A stretch of DNA of 63,949 nt, filler included, from an uncultured bacterium (GTDB lineage: Bacteria; Latescibacterota; UBA2968), in NCBI GenBank assembly GCA_964471275.1. It is 5 parts of 5 records of this genome, joined end to end, with 100 filler letters (N's around TTAATTAATTAA, not from the genome) between each part and the next. Parts side by side here need not be neighbours in the genome. Positions count along the whole stretch, not along the records: positions 13,019 to 25,874 come from CAYYGZ010000139.1; positions 25,975 to 38,745 come from CAYYGZ010000140.1; 3 more parts are not named here. One strand, 5' to 3'. Positions 19,829 through 30,411 of the stretch are shown in pieces (position 1 is the first letter of the stretch; each line of letters opens with the position of its first letter). A model generated the notes under the pieces. That model had not been told where the DNA came from. It was given only the letters and a program-made list of their open reading frames with translations, and did no database searches. A program made the translations under genes and the position numbers.

Positions 19829-21085
19829 GTGGGTATCCTTGAGGAACTGAAGTATCGAGAGTGTCTGTTCCAGACTACCGAGGGGGTGGACAAGCGTCTG
19901 GCGGAGGGCCCGGCCAATATCTACTGGGGTGTGGACCCGACGGCAGCAAGTATGACGATCGGGAACCTGGTTCCCGTCGTGATGTTCAGGCGGCTGCAGC
20001 TGGCCGGTCACCATCCGATCGCGCTTGTCGGTGGCGGAACGGGTCTGATCGGTGACCCCAGCGGCAAGGATGAGGAACGGCTGCTCAGCACCTATGAGGT
20101 CGTCGCCGAGAATACGGCCAGTATGCGACGCGAACTGGGCCGGTTCCTCGATTTCGACGACAAAACGAACCCTGCTCAGATGGTGAGCAATCTGGATTGG
20201 CTGTCCGAACTGAGGATCATCGACTTTCTAAGAGACGTAGGGAAGCACTTTTCGATCAATCAGATGCTCGCCAAGGAGTCGGTGTCCTCGCGTCTGGAAA
20301 CCGGGATCTCCTTCACCGAGTTCAGCTACATGGTGCTGCAGGCATACGACTTCCTTGAGCTCTACAGACGCCGAAATTGTGAAATCCAGATCGGTGGAAG
20401 TGATCAATGGGGTAACATCACGGCCGGTATAGACTTGATCCGGAGGGAATTGGGAGCGCAGGCCTACGGGTTTACGAATCCACTTCTCGAACGAAGCGAT
20501 GGCAAGAAGTTCGGCAAATCGGAGAAGGGGGCCGTCTATCTGAATCCAGAGCTGACCAGCCCCTACCAATTCTATCAGTGGTTTGTCAACGTGCCCGATG
20601 CCGATGTCGTGAAGTTTCTGAAGATCTTCACGTTTCTTGACTCGGACGCAATCGAGGCCATCGGAAGCGAGGTGGAGGCCGTACCGGAGAAACGTGAGGG
20701 GCAGCGTGTATTGGCTAAGGAGGTGGCGACGTTTGTCCACGGCCAGGACGCAGCGAAGCGTGCCATTCACATTTCCGAGGCGCTGTTCTACGGCAATCTT
20801 GGAGACCTATCCGAGCAGGAGGTGGAAGAGGGGTTCAGCGACGTACCCTCGCACACACTGAGTGGGGACGATCGCAAGGGGTTGATCGATCTTCTGGTCG
20901 AAGGCGGTGTGTCCTCGTCAAAACGACAGGCCCGGGAGGATATAAAGAGCGGGGCCGTTTCCGTGAACGGTGAACGCCATACGGATCTGGCAATGACTCT
21001 TTCGCCCGCCGACACGCTGGCCGGTAAGTTTGTCGTGATCCGTCGCGGCAAGCACAAGTATTTCCTGGTCAGATGGGAACGGTAG
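19829..21085 (+). CDS. tyrS: Tyrosine-tRNA ligase
   Basis: Y.GVDPTA, HIGH variant TIGN, QIGGSDQWGNI, KFGKS, C-terminal S4 domain ending RRGK. Confidence 0.96.
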   Translation: MGILEELKYRECLFQTTEGVDKRLAEGPANIYWGVDPTAASMTIGNLVPVVMFRRLQLAGHHPIALVGGGTGLIGDPSGKDEERLLSTYEVVAENTASMRRELGRFLDFDDKTNPAQMVSNLDWLSELRIIDFLRDVGKHFSINQMLAKESVSSRLETGISFTEFSYMVLQAYDFLELYRRRNCEIQIGGSDQWGNITAGIDLIRRELGAQAYGFTNPLLERSDGKKFGKSEKGAVYLNPELTSPYQFYQWFVNVPDADVVKFLKIFTFLDSDAIEAIGSEVEAVPEKREGQRVLAKEVATFVHGQDAAKRAIHISEALFYGNLGDLSEQEVEEGFSDVPSHTLSGDDRKGLIDLLVEGGVSSSKRQAREDIKSGAVSVNGERHTDLAMTLSPADTLAGKFVVIRRGKHKYFLVRWER

Positions 21086-23574
21086 TTCGTCTTCTCCTAC
21101 TCGGTCTGCTGCTGACCACTACACCGTCAACGTGCCTGGGATGGCTGAGCGGGCTACGCTCGGAGACCTACGATATCGGAAGACAATCTGGGGTCACGAT
21201 CGATGGTGATCCGACTGATTGGGTGTTGCCGTTCTTCTCGATCGGCCCGCTGGTGCCCACTGGAGATGCTGCACCTGCTCCGTATGACTACGATATCGAT
21301 CTCCGGATGGCCTGGGACGACTCGGGGATTCTGCTTTGCTTCCTGATACGCGACGACGTCGCTGACACGTCCTTGGCCGCGGCTGTCGGCAGCCACGATT
21401 CAGTGGCCCTACGGGTTTCGGACGGACTTGGCAGCGATCGCTACCTGATTGCCACTGTTGCGTCAGGATCGACTGATAAGCCTGGTCGAGCTCGCGTTAC
21501 GGTTGACGAGCGCAGCACAGCTGCGGCCGAGATCGATGCTGCCCGGTCGCCCTACGAAGGCGGGATCGCCATCGAGGTCCGAGTTCCCCTGGACGTGTGG
21601 GGCGGCGCACGTCCAGGGCGGGAGTTCACGGTCCAGGTGATTGCCCGTGACAGAGACGATGACGGCGGTGATCTTCTCCTGCCCTGGTTCCCGTGGGTTG
21701 ACCTCTCTGTCGGTGGGATGTCACACGTCGTCCGACTGAGCGAGACGGGAGGTGAACCTATCCCGGGAACGGCTAGGGGGACCTACCCCGATCTCCTGAA
21801 GACGCACGTGGTTGTTATCTGTGATGGCAGTCTGGCCGGACAGACTGCCATCTTACGCGATGGTGACGTTGAGTTGACGTCAGGCGTACTTGAGATGTCG
21901 CAAGGCCGCGGCAGGGCGACGCTTGTCACTCAGGTACCGGAACGAGGTCATCCGTTTGATGAACCCAATGTTCTGGTTACGGGACACGGACGGATTCCGG
22001 TTACCATCCAGAATGCTGATGACGCACGCGCCTGGCGCTTCGCCTCGTATCGCGTTCTGTTTGAGGACTACGCGTTCTCTGCTGAAGAGTTTCCTGTGCC
22101 GAAGCTCGAGGATCCGCTTTTCGCCGAGCATCTGATCGGACCCTACACCCTCTCTGCCCTCTACTACGGTCAGAACTACAATCGGGTCGCGAAGCCCACT
22201 AGCGACGGCCGGTATGGCGCGGTGGTGTCAATTGTTGCCGAGGGTGGGGGAACCACATACACACGATTCCGGACACTTTATAAATACAGCGGCAGGATCG
22301 ATTGGTGGGAAGATGTCTCGTCAACGATCGAGCTGCCCGACGCATTCGGGATCGATCCGGTTGTGCTGGAAGACAAGCAAAATACTGTTTCGGAGCACCT
22401 CAAGTGGCAGTTTCGGTCCAGTTTGAGGCGTGACCAGAGAGTGGGGGCGTTGCTCGCGGGGCTCCGTGAATCGGTGCCGGGTGAGGGCAGAGACAGCGTA
22501 TACGAGGATGCGTGGACTCGAGATCGCGCCTGGTGGCTTGGACTCAAGAGACAAGTGTATGGGATGCCTGCCGCGGATCCCCTCCAGTGTCCAACGGGTG
22601 TCTACAAGGGACGTGCGAGAGAACTGGTTTTCGGGTCGGAGGAAGAAGCAGGTGTCGTCAGTGGCTTTTCGGAAGCTGTCGACTCTGTCTGCACAGCTTG
22701 GTGGGAGGATTCACAGGAGCCCTTCTCGATCTGTGTCGCCAGGTTAGGGAAGGTCGTGTCTCTGAAATCGTATGGTTTCCGTCAGGGCAAGCCCGTTACA
22801 CTGTCGACGAAAGCACCCATTTCCTGGATCACAAAGTTGCTCACAGGCGCCCTGATGGCGATGGTGATCGAACACAAGCGGGTCGATCCGGATGCGCCGA
22901 TCTCTACATACCTCCCGGCCTTCCGGAACGTACCGGCCGGCCAGGCACTGACGGTGCGTCAGCTGATGAATCACACCAGCGGTCTGTCCGGGCACTGGGG
23001 AGACGGGCAAAACGATTTCGAGGAGTTGATGGCCGGCTATTCTCCCCTGATGGCTATCGGTAAGACCTACAGATACAACGGCGCCGGGTTTGCACTGGCC
23101 GGTAAGGTCCTCGAGTCCGTTAGTGGTGAGACTGTGCCCGGCTTTATCAAGCAGCATCTACTCGATCCCCTGGGCTGCTCGGGGACTGCTGTTTCTGGCA
23201 CGTCCTGGGACGGCGAAAGTACGCCTCTGGATCTCGCTCGTATCGGGCAGATGCTCCTGAATGGTGGGGCATACGGCGATTTTCGATTCTTCGAGGATGA
23301 AGCCTTCCAGGAGATGCTCCCAAGAGGCCTGTCTTCGTTTGTTCCGGGGACTTACCGACAATATGGTTTGGGAACGATGCCTTATCCGACCGAGGGGCTT
23401 GGGGCTGGAACGTTTGGTCACGATTCAGGATCATCGACGATCTTCAGGGTGGATCCCGAGAACGACCTGGTCATCGTCGTTATGCGGTGGCAGAGCGGAC
23501 CCAACTACGGTTACTACAAGAACCGTCTCTTTGAGACGATCGTTTCGCACCTCCCGAAGATGTCTGACTCCTGA
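21073..23574 (+). CDS. Secreted beta-lactamase-fold (serine hydrolase-like) protein with N-terminal CBM9-like domain
   Basis: Signal peptide; [13 protein letters not shown]...IRDD; C-terminal [32 protein letters not shown]; SxxK site reads W-I-T-K. Confidence 0.75.
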   Translation: MGTVVRLLLLGLLLTTTPSTCLGWLSGLRSETYDIGRQSGVTIDGDPTDWVLPFFSIGPLVPTGDAAPAPYDYDIDLRMAWDDSGILLCFLIRDDVADTSLAAAVGSHDSVALRVSDGLGSDRYLIATVASGSTDKPGRARVTVDERSTAAAEIDAARSPYEGGIAIEVRVPLDVWGGARPGREFTVQVIARDRDDDGGDLLLPWFPWVDLSVGGMSHVVRLSETGGEPIPGTARGTYPDLLKTHVVVICDGSLAGQTAILRDGDVELTSGVLEMSQGRGRATLVTQVPERGHPFDEPNVLVTGHGRIPVTIQNADDARAWRFASYRVLFEDYAFSAEEFPVPKLEDPLFAEHLIGPYTLSALYYGQNYNRVAKPTSDGRYGAVVSIVAEGGGTTYTRFRTLYKYSGRIDWWEDVSSTIELPDAFGIDPVVLEDKQNTVSEHLKWQFRSSLRRDQRVGALLAGLRESVPGEGRDSVYEDAWTRDRAWWLGLKRQVYGMPAADPLQCPTGVYKGRARELVFGSEEEAGVVSGFSEAVDSVCTAWWEDSQEPFSICVARLGKVVSLKSYGFRQGKPVTLSTKAPISWITKLLTGALMAMVIEHKRVDPDAPISTYLPAFRNVPAGQALTVRQLMNHTSGLSGHWGDGQNDFEELMAGYSPLMAIGKTYRYNGAGFALAGKVLESVSGETVPGFIKQHLLDPLGCSGTAVSGTSWDGESTPLDLARIGQMLLNGGAYGDFRFFEDEAFQEMLPRGLSSFVPGTYRQYGLGTMPYPTEGLGAGTFGHDSGSSTIFRVDPENDLVIVVMRWQSGPNYGYYKNRLFETIVSHLPKMSDS

Positions 23575-23590
23575 GCTTCTTCCAAGGCGA

Positions 23591-24814
23591 ATGTCTATGG
23601 CCACACTTGTGAGTCCTAACCTTCCCGATGAACGCGGTCGATACGGTCCCTATGGTGGACGGTATGTGCCCGAGACCCTGATGGCCCTGCTGGACGATCT
23701 TGAGGCAGCCTACACGCAGGCAAAGGCAGATCCGTCCTTTCACGCGGTCCTCGACCGCTATCTGAAGGAGTTCATCGGTCGGCCTACTTCCCTCTACTTT
23801 GCCGAACGGCTGACGGAGCATCTGGGAGGGGCAAAGATCTACCTGAAGCGTGAAGACCTGGCGCACACGGGGGCGCACAAGATCAACAACTCCATGGGGC
23901 AGATTCTGCTGGCGAGGAGGATGGGTAAACAGCGGATTATCGCTGAGACAGGAGCGGGTCAGCACGGAGTTGCGACGGCGACCGTGGCCGCAATGTTCGG
24001 GTTGGAGTGCGAGATCTACATGGGCACGGAGGACATGAAACGGCAGGCCCTGAATGTCTTCCGGATGCGTCTACTCGGCGCTAAGGTGACGGGTGTTGAT
24101 TCGGGCAGCAAAACCCTGAAGGATGCGATCAATGAAGCCATTCGCGATTGGGTGACGAACGTCGAATCGACGTTCTACATCTTTGGTTCCGTGCTTGGCC
24201 CGCATCCTTATCCTATGATCGTACGTGATTTTCAGCGTGTAATCGGCGTTGAGGCACGCGAGCAAGTTCTGGCTGCCGAAGGTAAACTTCCGGACATTCT
24301 CATCGCGTGCGTGGGTGGCGGAAGCAATTCGATTGGTCTGTTTCATCGATTCCTCGAAGATGCCGACGTTCGGATGATCGGTGTCGAGGCAGGTGGGCAC
24401 GGGATCGAGTCGGGTGAACACGCGGCAAGGTTCCAGGGCGGTAAGCTGGGTGTTCTGCACGGCGCGCAGATCTACCTGCTTCAGGATGACGATGGGCAGA
24501 TTGCGCTCACACACTCTGTTTCTGCGGGGCTGGACTACTCTGGGGTCGGCCCCGAGCATTGCTACCTTCGGGACAACAATCGGATCGATTATGTCTATGC
24601 CACGGACGACGAGGCGCTGGCAGGCTTCCAGTTGCTGAGCAGGCTTGAGGGAATCATTCCCGCACTGGAGAGTTCGCACGCGATCGCCGAGGTCTGTAAA
24701 CTCGCGCCAACGATGAATCCCGATCAGGTGATCCTCGTCAATCTGTCCGGACGAGGAGACAAAGACGTTCAGCAGGCGGCAAAGATGATTGACGGGATGG
24801 AAGATACCATATGA
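23591..24814 (+). CDS. trpB: Tryptophan synthase beta chain (TrpB1)
   Basis: [53 protein letters not shown]. Confidence 0.97.
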   Translation: MSMATLVSPNLPDERGRYGPYGGRYVPETLMALLDDLEAAYTQAKADPSFHAVLDRYLKEFIGRPTSLYFAERLTEHLGGAKIYLKREDLAHTGAHKINNSMGQILLARRMGKQRIIAETGAGQHGVATATVAAMFGLECEIYMGTEDMKRQALNVFRMRLLGAKVTGVDSGSKTLKDAINEAIRDWVTNVESTFYIFGSVLGPHPYPMIVRDFQRVIGVEAREQVLAAEGKLPDILIACVGGGSNSIGLFHRFLEDADVRMIGVEAGGHGIESGEHAARFQGGKLGVLHGAQIYLLQDDDGQIALTHSVSAGLDYSGVGPEHCYLRDNNRIDYVYATDDEALAGFQLLSRLEGIIPALESSHAIAEVCKLAPTMNPDQVILVNLSGRGDKDVQQAAKMIDGMEDTI

Positions 24815-25620
24815 GTGCGATCTCAGATGTGTTCGATGGCCTGAGGGACCGAGGCGAGACGGGATTCATTCCATACATAACGGCTGGTGATCCCGATCTG
24901 AAGACCACGAGGGAACTGGTTCTCGAGATGGCCAGGCGAGGCGCAGACGTGATCGAGCTGGGGATCCCGTTTTCCGATCCCCTCGCGGATGGTCCCACCA
25001 TCCAGGCATCTTCCCAGCGTGCTTTGGAAGGCGGGGCAACGCTGGCCGGCATCTTCGAGTGTGCAGATGAGATTCGACAGGAAACCGAGGTGCCGATCAT
25101 TCTGTTTACCTACTACAATCCGGTTCATCGCTACGGGCTGGAGGCGTTTGTCGCACGCTGTGTCGCGGCTGGTGTGAATGGCGCGTTAATCACCGACCTC
25201 CCGCCGGAGGAGGCCGGAAACTATGGCAGGCTGATGGCGGAAGCCGGACTGGATACCGTGTTTCTTCTGGCGCCGACGAGCCGCGACGATCGCATCAAGC
25301 TGGTCGCTGACGCTGCCACGGGATTCGTCTATTATGTCTCCCGGGCGGGGGTGACGGGTGAGCAGCAGGCACTTTCAGATTCCCTGGCATCCATGGTCGA
25401 ACACATCAAGGGGTTTACTTCCAAACCTGTTGCAGTCGGTTTTGGGATCTCGAACCCCGAGCAATCGGAGCAAGTTGGGCGGTACGCGGATGCAGTCGTC
25501 GTGGGGAGTGCTATTGTACGCCGTATCGGTAAGAAGGGAGGCGATCCTGATCTTGTATCTGAGATCGGGGATTTTGTCGCAGAACTGGTTCGTCCCCTGA
25601 AGCCTTCTTCGGCCAACTGA
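24811..25620 (+). CDS. trpA: Tryptophan synthase alpha chain
   Basis: [46 protein letters not shown]. Confidence 0.97.
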   Translation: MSAISDVFDGLRDRGETGFIPYITAGDPDLKTTRELVLEMARRGADVIELGIPFSDPLADGPTIQASSQRALEGGATLAGIFECADEIRQETEVPIILFTYYNPVHRYGLEAFVARCVAAGVNGALITDLPPEEAGNYGRLMAEAGLDTVFLLAPTSRDDRIKLVADAATGFVYYVSRAGVTGEQQALSDSLASMVEHIKGFTSKPVAVGFGISNPEQSEQVGRYADAVVVGSAIVRRIGKKGGDPDLVSEIGDFVAELVRPLKPSSAN

Positions 25621-25644
25621 GACCTTCTGCGGAAGGATTATTGT

Positions 25645-25874
25645 ATGGATCTGGACCACTGGCGAGGCAAGATCGACGAGCTGAACGGACAGCTGGTTGA
25701 TTTACTCAACGAAAGAGCACGTTGTGCGATCGAGGTCGGTAAGCTGAAGAATAAACAGGGCTTGCCGATGTTTGCGCCCGACCGTGAGACCTCCGTCCTG
25801 AATCAACTCAAAGAATTGAACGACGGTCCCTTGAGCGACGAAGCCGTACAACGGATCTTCAGGCAGATTATTGA
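25645..25874 (+). CDS. AroQ-type chorismate mutase domain (3'-truncated; stand-alone or PheA N-terminus)
   Basis: LDHWRGKIDELN..LV.LLNERA..A.EVGKLK.....FAPDRE...GPL....IFR.II. Confidence 0.88.
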
Positions 25875-25974
25875 NNNNNNNNNNNNNNNNNNNNNNNNNN
25901 NNNNNNNNNNNNNNNNNNTTAATTAATTAANNNNNNNNNNNNNNNNNNNNNNNNNNNNNNNNNNNNNNNNNNNN
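25875..25974. other. Artificial contig linker
   Basis: N44-TTAATTAATTAA-N44. Confidence 0.98.
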
Positions 25975-26205
25975 GCTTTCGCACACACTGATAGAGCGGA
26001 CTGGAGTGTGGGTTTGATGGGCGGTATAAAGGCTTTCGCCGAAGCCGGTACCGGCTTGGCGGTAGTGGACGGAAAGTTGATCGAAAAGCTCGTGCTTCGT
26101 GAAATGCAGCGTATTGTTTCTGTTGCACAGCGGGCATCTAGGATCAAATCCAGACCCAAAAATCAAAACTCATATCTTGAACCATCTCGGTCCGATTTGA
26201 TCTGA
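25975..26205 (+). CDS. C-terminal fragment of a CitE/HpcH-family CoA-ester lyase
   Basis: AFAEAGTGLAVVDGKLIEKLVLREMQRIV resembles the CitE-family end (G...VDGKMID.P); 5' part lost at contig edge. Confidence 0.5.
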   Translation, partial: AFAHTDRADWSVGLMGGIKAFAEAGTGLAVVDGKLIEKLVLREMQRIVSVAQRASRIKSRPKNQNSYLEPSRSDLI

Positions 26206-27189
26206 CTCCAAAACATATCTTATAAAATCATAGCGCATGAAAGTCCATTGGTCATCTCTACCCTGTAACTTAAAATGCCTGAAACCCATGTCATAGATTT
26301 CTTCTAACTCTTTCAACGTAAAATTACCCGACCGTTTGGCCGTCCGATACTTCGGGTCAGAATGGAAATAATTCATTCTTCCGCATTTAGGATCAGGGTT
26401 ATCATCCTCGGCATCATGTTCTGGGTAGGAATCAACAAAATGAAACTGTCCATGCCACCCCGTTATAGCGTCTTTTCCTATTGATTGATAACATGATTTT
26501 CTCACCGAGCAATCTTTGACACAATTCTCATTAACTATTATTTCATATTGCTCCATCTTTCCAGAATCAGCTATTTTTTTCAATAATGGAATATTGAACC
26601 CATCATCTGGATGGAGCATTATCCTGTCATATCTTTCGCTCAACTCATTATAATAATCAAAAGTTCGTCTCTCCACTTTTGGAGTCTCTACTGCTGACTT
26701 AACGATAGACGCTTTCTGTTTTAATTCTGGATACTTTTGTCTTATGTAATTAGACAGAATATCACTTGCCACAATCACTCCGTTATTATGATTGGAATTA
26801 TGTTTCACTAACAAATCCAATAGCCAGTTACTACTTGGATCTTCCAAATGCTCTTCTTTAACTAGGTGATTTGAGAAGGTCAAATAGCAACCAACAGGAA
26901 ACGGACAAATTTGCCAACTTTCTAGTACTGGCTCTGGCCCGTGTTTCTTTCTATCCCCCCACGACTCGGCAGCAACAGGCGTTGATCTTCCGTTATTCCA
27001 CATTAGCGGATAACAACCATGTATTGACTCTATCGGAAGATCACAATCAAATATTTTCCTGCCAGTCTGTATAAGTGAATGAAAAAAATTATCAAAAACA
27101 AATAAACCAGATACATCCCATTTTGCCTCTGGACAAATCGGATTTAGTATGTCCTTGCCGGAGGGCAAAGAGTCGTCGTCTTTGATCAT
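26170..27189 (-). CDS. Peptidase U32-like Fe-S protein (AT-rich gene)
   Basis: GVIVASD.L, ASI.K, EIIVNENC...C, C-terminal GFRHFKLQGR (U32-type KxxGR). Confidence 0.5.
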   Translation of the reverse strand: MIKDDDSLPSGKDILNPICPEAKWDVSGLFVFDNFFHSLIQTGRKIFDCDLPIESIHGCYPLMWNNGRSTPVAAESWGDRKKHGPEPVLESWQICPFPVGCYLTFSNHLVKEEHLEDPSSNWLLDLLVKHNSNHNNGVIVASDILSNYIRQKYPELKQKASIVKSAVETPKVERRTFDYYNELSERYDRIMLHPDDGFNIPLLKKIADSGKMEQYEIIVNENCVKDCSVRKSCYQSIGKDAITGWHGQFHFVDSYPEHDAEDDNPDPKCGRMNYFHSDPKYRTAKRSGNFTLKELEEIYDMGFRHFKLQGRDDQWTFMRYDFIRYVLESDQIGPRWFKI

Positions 27190-27694
27190 ACGTTTCCTAG
27201 CCCATGGGCTAACAAATAATTTACTGAATGGCGTTGCGCTGAGGTTTAAAGTTTACAGTATAGAAAGAATGTATACTCTTTCTACTTTGGTGAATCGCCA
27301 GAAAAGAACCCAGATTTACCCACCGTACTAGAGCTTGTTCTCTTTCGCTCCCCCTTTGCACCTAAAACCCTATATTTTGTACGGCCACCTTACCCTGACC
27401 GACTACAGACAAGGAGCCTGGTGTCATAGCCACAGCCAAAGACTACTCGACGCGAACATTACTTGGGCAAGGTGTGGCTTGAAAAAACAGTCTCTCTGCC
27501 GTAGCGATAGTAAGCGAAGCCCGGTTGAAGAAAGGGTGCCTCTGAGCAACTTTTAAAGAATATCAAACACTGTTTCTGCCAATATACCAATATGCCTATC
27601 GGCAATAAAGCGAACATCGCATAATACGCAACAGCGCTGGCCCGAAATCTTCGGCTTCTACTGTATTGGCCAAAGTGCAGTTGCTCAGCCGGCT

Positions 27695-28339
27695 TTATTC
27701 ACCCTGTTGCAACGGGCTAGTTTCCCGAAATAATGTGGGTCCAAACGACGTCACCTTCATATTCTCTGGCACAAGAGACTCCAGTCGCCCCTTTAGACTC
27801 AATGCACCATGGCGCTCAACATAGGCTACTAGTTGTGCGTTGAGCATCCTTAAGGATGACTGGTAATCCCCGAGATGACCCATCTGGCCGTGACTCAGAA
27901 CTCCTTCTCCCTCCATGATGTGATAATCAGCGTATGGGTCTGGCCAGAAATTAGGGCCATGCGCTTGATACACTGCTGGTACAAACAGATGAACCGCAAA
28001 ATAATGAGCCAAGGCTTCATCCCAAATGACCGGTGGCACACAACTCCTCGGTAACATTCGGGCCAATAGCAAATGTCCAATTTCATGGCATGTTCCATAG
28101 ATGCATCGAAACCCATCGGGTGGAGGTTTCAGACGAGCAACACTGGCGAGCTCAAAGATTATCGTTTGCCGATAATCGGTACGTATGCATTCCTGGCCGA
28201 TTCCAGCCTGGACATAGCGCAACTTCAATGGAGGTAATTGGATATAGTACTTTACTGCAGCCACAGACCGACACGTTTCCGTTAGGCGATCCAACGCTCG
28301 ACGATATGTTTCTGGGAAATTGCTAATCGAGTACGACAT
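27695..28339 (-). CDS. HExxH zinc-metallopeptidase-like protein
   Basis: CHEIGH followed ~15 aa later by WDEALAHY (gluzincin-like third ligand); overlaps the S8 gene. Confidence 0.6.
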   Translation of the reverse strand: MSYSISNFPETYRRALDRLTETCRSVAAVKYYIQLPPLKLRYVQAGIGQECIRTDYRQTIIFELASVARLKPPPDGFRCIYGTCHEIGHLLLARMLPRSCVPPVIWDEALAHYFAVHLFVPAVYQAHGPNFWPDPYADYHIMEGEGVLSHGQMGHLGDYQSSLRMLNAQLVAYVERHGALSLKGRLESLVPENMKVTSFGPTLFRETSPLQQGE

Positions 28340-29144
28340 TACTCGCAGTCGCCCGCAGAATAGTCTTGACCTGAAATGGTACTAAATCCGGGTGCTTACT
28401 GACGATCTGCGCTACCAGGCCGGTAATATACGGCGCAGCAAAGCTGTTCCCAGTGACCGTGAGCGCTCTCTTGTTTGCCCAGGCAACGTTTATGTTCACA
28501 CCTGGCGCGCGAAATTCAACTGGTGGCGTTGGATTGTAATAAAACTCCCGCGGGCCTTGAGAATCGTGACATGCGACTGATATCACAGATGCATAAAGTG
28601 AAGGATAACTGGGTATTGGCATATTGTTGGCAGCTGTCACTAGTATCACGTTATTAAAGTACGCTTTATCAGCCAGCTCATAAAGCAACATCGCAAAATT
28701 CTTGCGCATGACGCCTAGGCTTATGTTGACGACTCTAATGCCGTGATCAATACACCATCTAAGCCCCGCCACCACTGCGTTGCCACTTCCATTCGATTCT
28801 CCATCTAATACTTTTATACTGACAAGATTCGCGTCTGGTGCCAAACGGTGAATAATGTCTGCACAAGCTGTTCCATGACCAAAGTTGTCTGAGTGAAATC
28901 CGAAGTCCTCGATTAGCCGCCCCTTTTCGCTGGTAGAAAACGCGGCCCAATCTACAACTCGTCCATCTATTGCCGGATGGCCATTATCTACTCCTGAATC
29001 TAGGATCCCTACTTTTATCCCTTTACCAGTTGCTCCCTCCCAAGCCCACTCGCGGCTTATTCGGCCATCCAGGAGAGCGTTTGGCAACGGCTGAGAATCG
29101 ACTTTGGCAGAGCCTCCGCTATAGGGTATACGCGACTTTCTCAT
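28323..29144 (-). CDS. Cytoplasmic S8 (subtilisin-like) serine peptidase
   Basis: Triad ILDSGV / HGTACA / GNSFAAP; no signal peptide. Confidence 0.92.
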   Translation of the reverse strand: MRKSRIPYSGGSAKVDSQPLPNALLDGRISREWAWEGATGKGIKVGILDSGVDNGHPAIDGRVVDWAAFSTSEKGRLIEDFGFHSDNFGHGTACADIIHRLAPDANLVSIKVLDGESNGSGNAVVAGLRWCIDHGIRVVNISLGVMRKNFAMLLYELADKAYFNNVILVTAANNMPIPSYPSLYASVISVACHDSQGPREFYYNPTPPVEFRAPGVNINVAWANKRALTVTGNSFAAPYITGLVAQIVSKHPDLVPFQVKTILRATASNVVLD

Positions 29145-29992
29145 GGGTTATCACGACCCTCAACGGATTCGATATCTGGTTGACTGCCGATAAATCGTCT
29201 CAGCAAACTTACGACGTCACCGCACAACTTAAGAGCGTCGTCTCCTGCTATCGCAATCTCTCCAATGTCATCAGCGATAAGCAGCGATCGTTGGAAACTT
29301 TCCGACGATTGAATACGTGCTACGAGTTGCTGCATTTGTTGCCCCAAGACACCGTTTCGATCATTCTGGTCCGGATTTCCCAATAATTCTTTTGTAATCA
29401 AGGTAAGGCTCAGCGCCAAGCGGGATTGGTCAATCGCAACAGCGGCTTGCTGTGCAAAGCGGCCGGCCATTTCTATATCTTCATGGTCAAATGGCTGACC
29501 ATCGAGGCGGTCTATCAACTCCAGGACACCAATCACTCGATTGTCGTAGATCAATGGAACCACCAAGAGAGACTCCGGCACATAACCGATCGCAACACCT
29601 ATATCAGCGGCCCATCTTTCATCCTGGCTCACACCTGTGATAGCGATAGATTGCCCAGTGGTAGCACAAAATCCTGCGAATCCCTTACCTAACGATATCC
29701 TAAGCCCTTTTACCTGCGGGGCTTTTTCGCCAAACGCAACCTCGAATTCAAGTTCGCTCTTTTCTTCATCGACGATTAGCAAAGATGCCGCCGTTACCCC
29801 GATCACATAGGACGCAGTTTCGGTAATTAGCTCAAGAAGCTCTCGATGCCGTCTGTGCCCCACTAGCGTACCAGTCAACTCAACTCGGTTAACGGCCTGG
29901 CGAAACTCCTGGCCGATTACTTGGTCAGAGAGCATGCCACGAAGCTTGGCATTTTCCTTCCTTAACTCATCGATATTTCCATCTCTTGCCAT
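29141..29992 (-). CDS. Stand-alone GAF-domain protein
   Basis: ASLLIVDE...L.F, GKGFAG..A.TG, SLLVVPL....VIGVLE; GGAG RBS before ATG29992. Confidence 0.85.
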   Translation of the reverse strand: MARDGNIDELRKENAKLRGMLSDQVIGQEFRQAVNRVELTGTLVGHRRHRELLELITETASYVIGVTAASLLIVDEEKSELEFEVAFGEKAPQVKGLRISLGKGFAGFCATTGQSIAITGVSQDERWAADIGVAIGYVPESLLVVPLIYDNRVIGVLELIDRLDGQPFDHEDIEMAGRFAQQAAVAIDQSRLALSLTLITKELLGNPDQNDRNGVLGQQMQQLVARIQSSESFQRSLLIADDIGEIAIAGDDALKLCGDVVSLLRRFIGSQPDIESVEGRDNP

Positions 29993-30411
29993 TTCTTTCT
30001 CCCCAATCGTTTGCCATTGCTGTGGCAAAATCGATTGTACAACTTAGCCTATCACTGGAATTTTCTCAATTCAATATTTTCTCAAAGTCGGTCCCATTTT
30101 CGATACAAAGTGCTTTCAGGTTTTCCTAATAGAGATAATTCACTAGGTCAGTTTGCTAACCTGTTTCTTGTTGTTGAAATCAAAATCGAAACACTCAGGC
30201 AACACTACAGAAAATAGCATCTAATTGGCGATCAACACCAGCAACAGGCTAGTCAATGTCAGAAAACAATTCCCAGATCGAGAAAAATAATGTGGAAACC
30301 TGGAAAAATAAAGGCGGTGAGCGCAGCCCTCAACCGGTGTGCTCAATCGGCCATATAGAATCTTGTAAGTACCTTTTTCTAGACGAATCAAATATCGACG
30401 TTGTTGAAACG

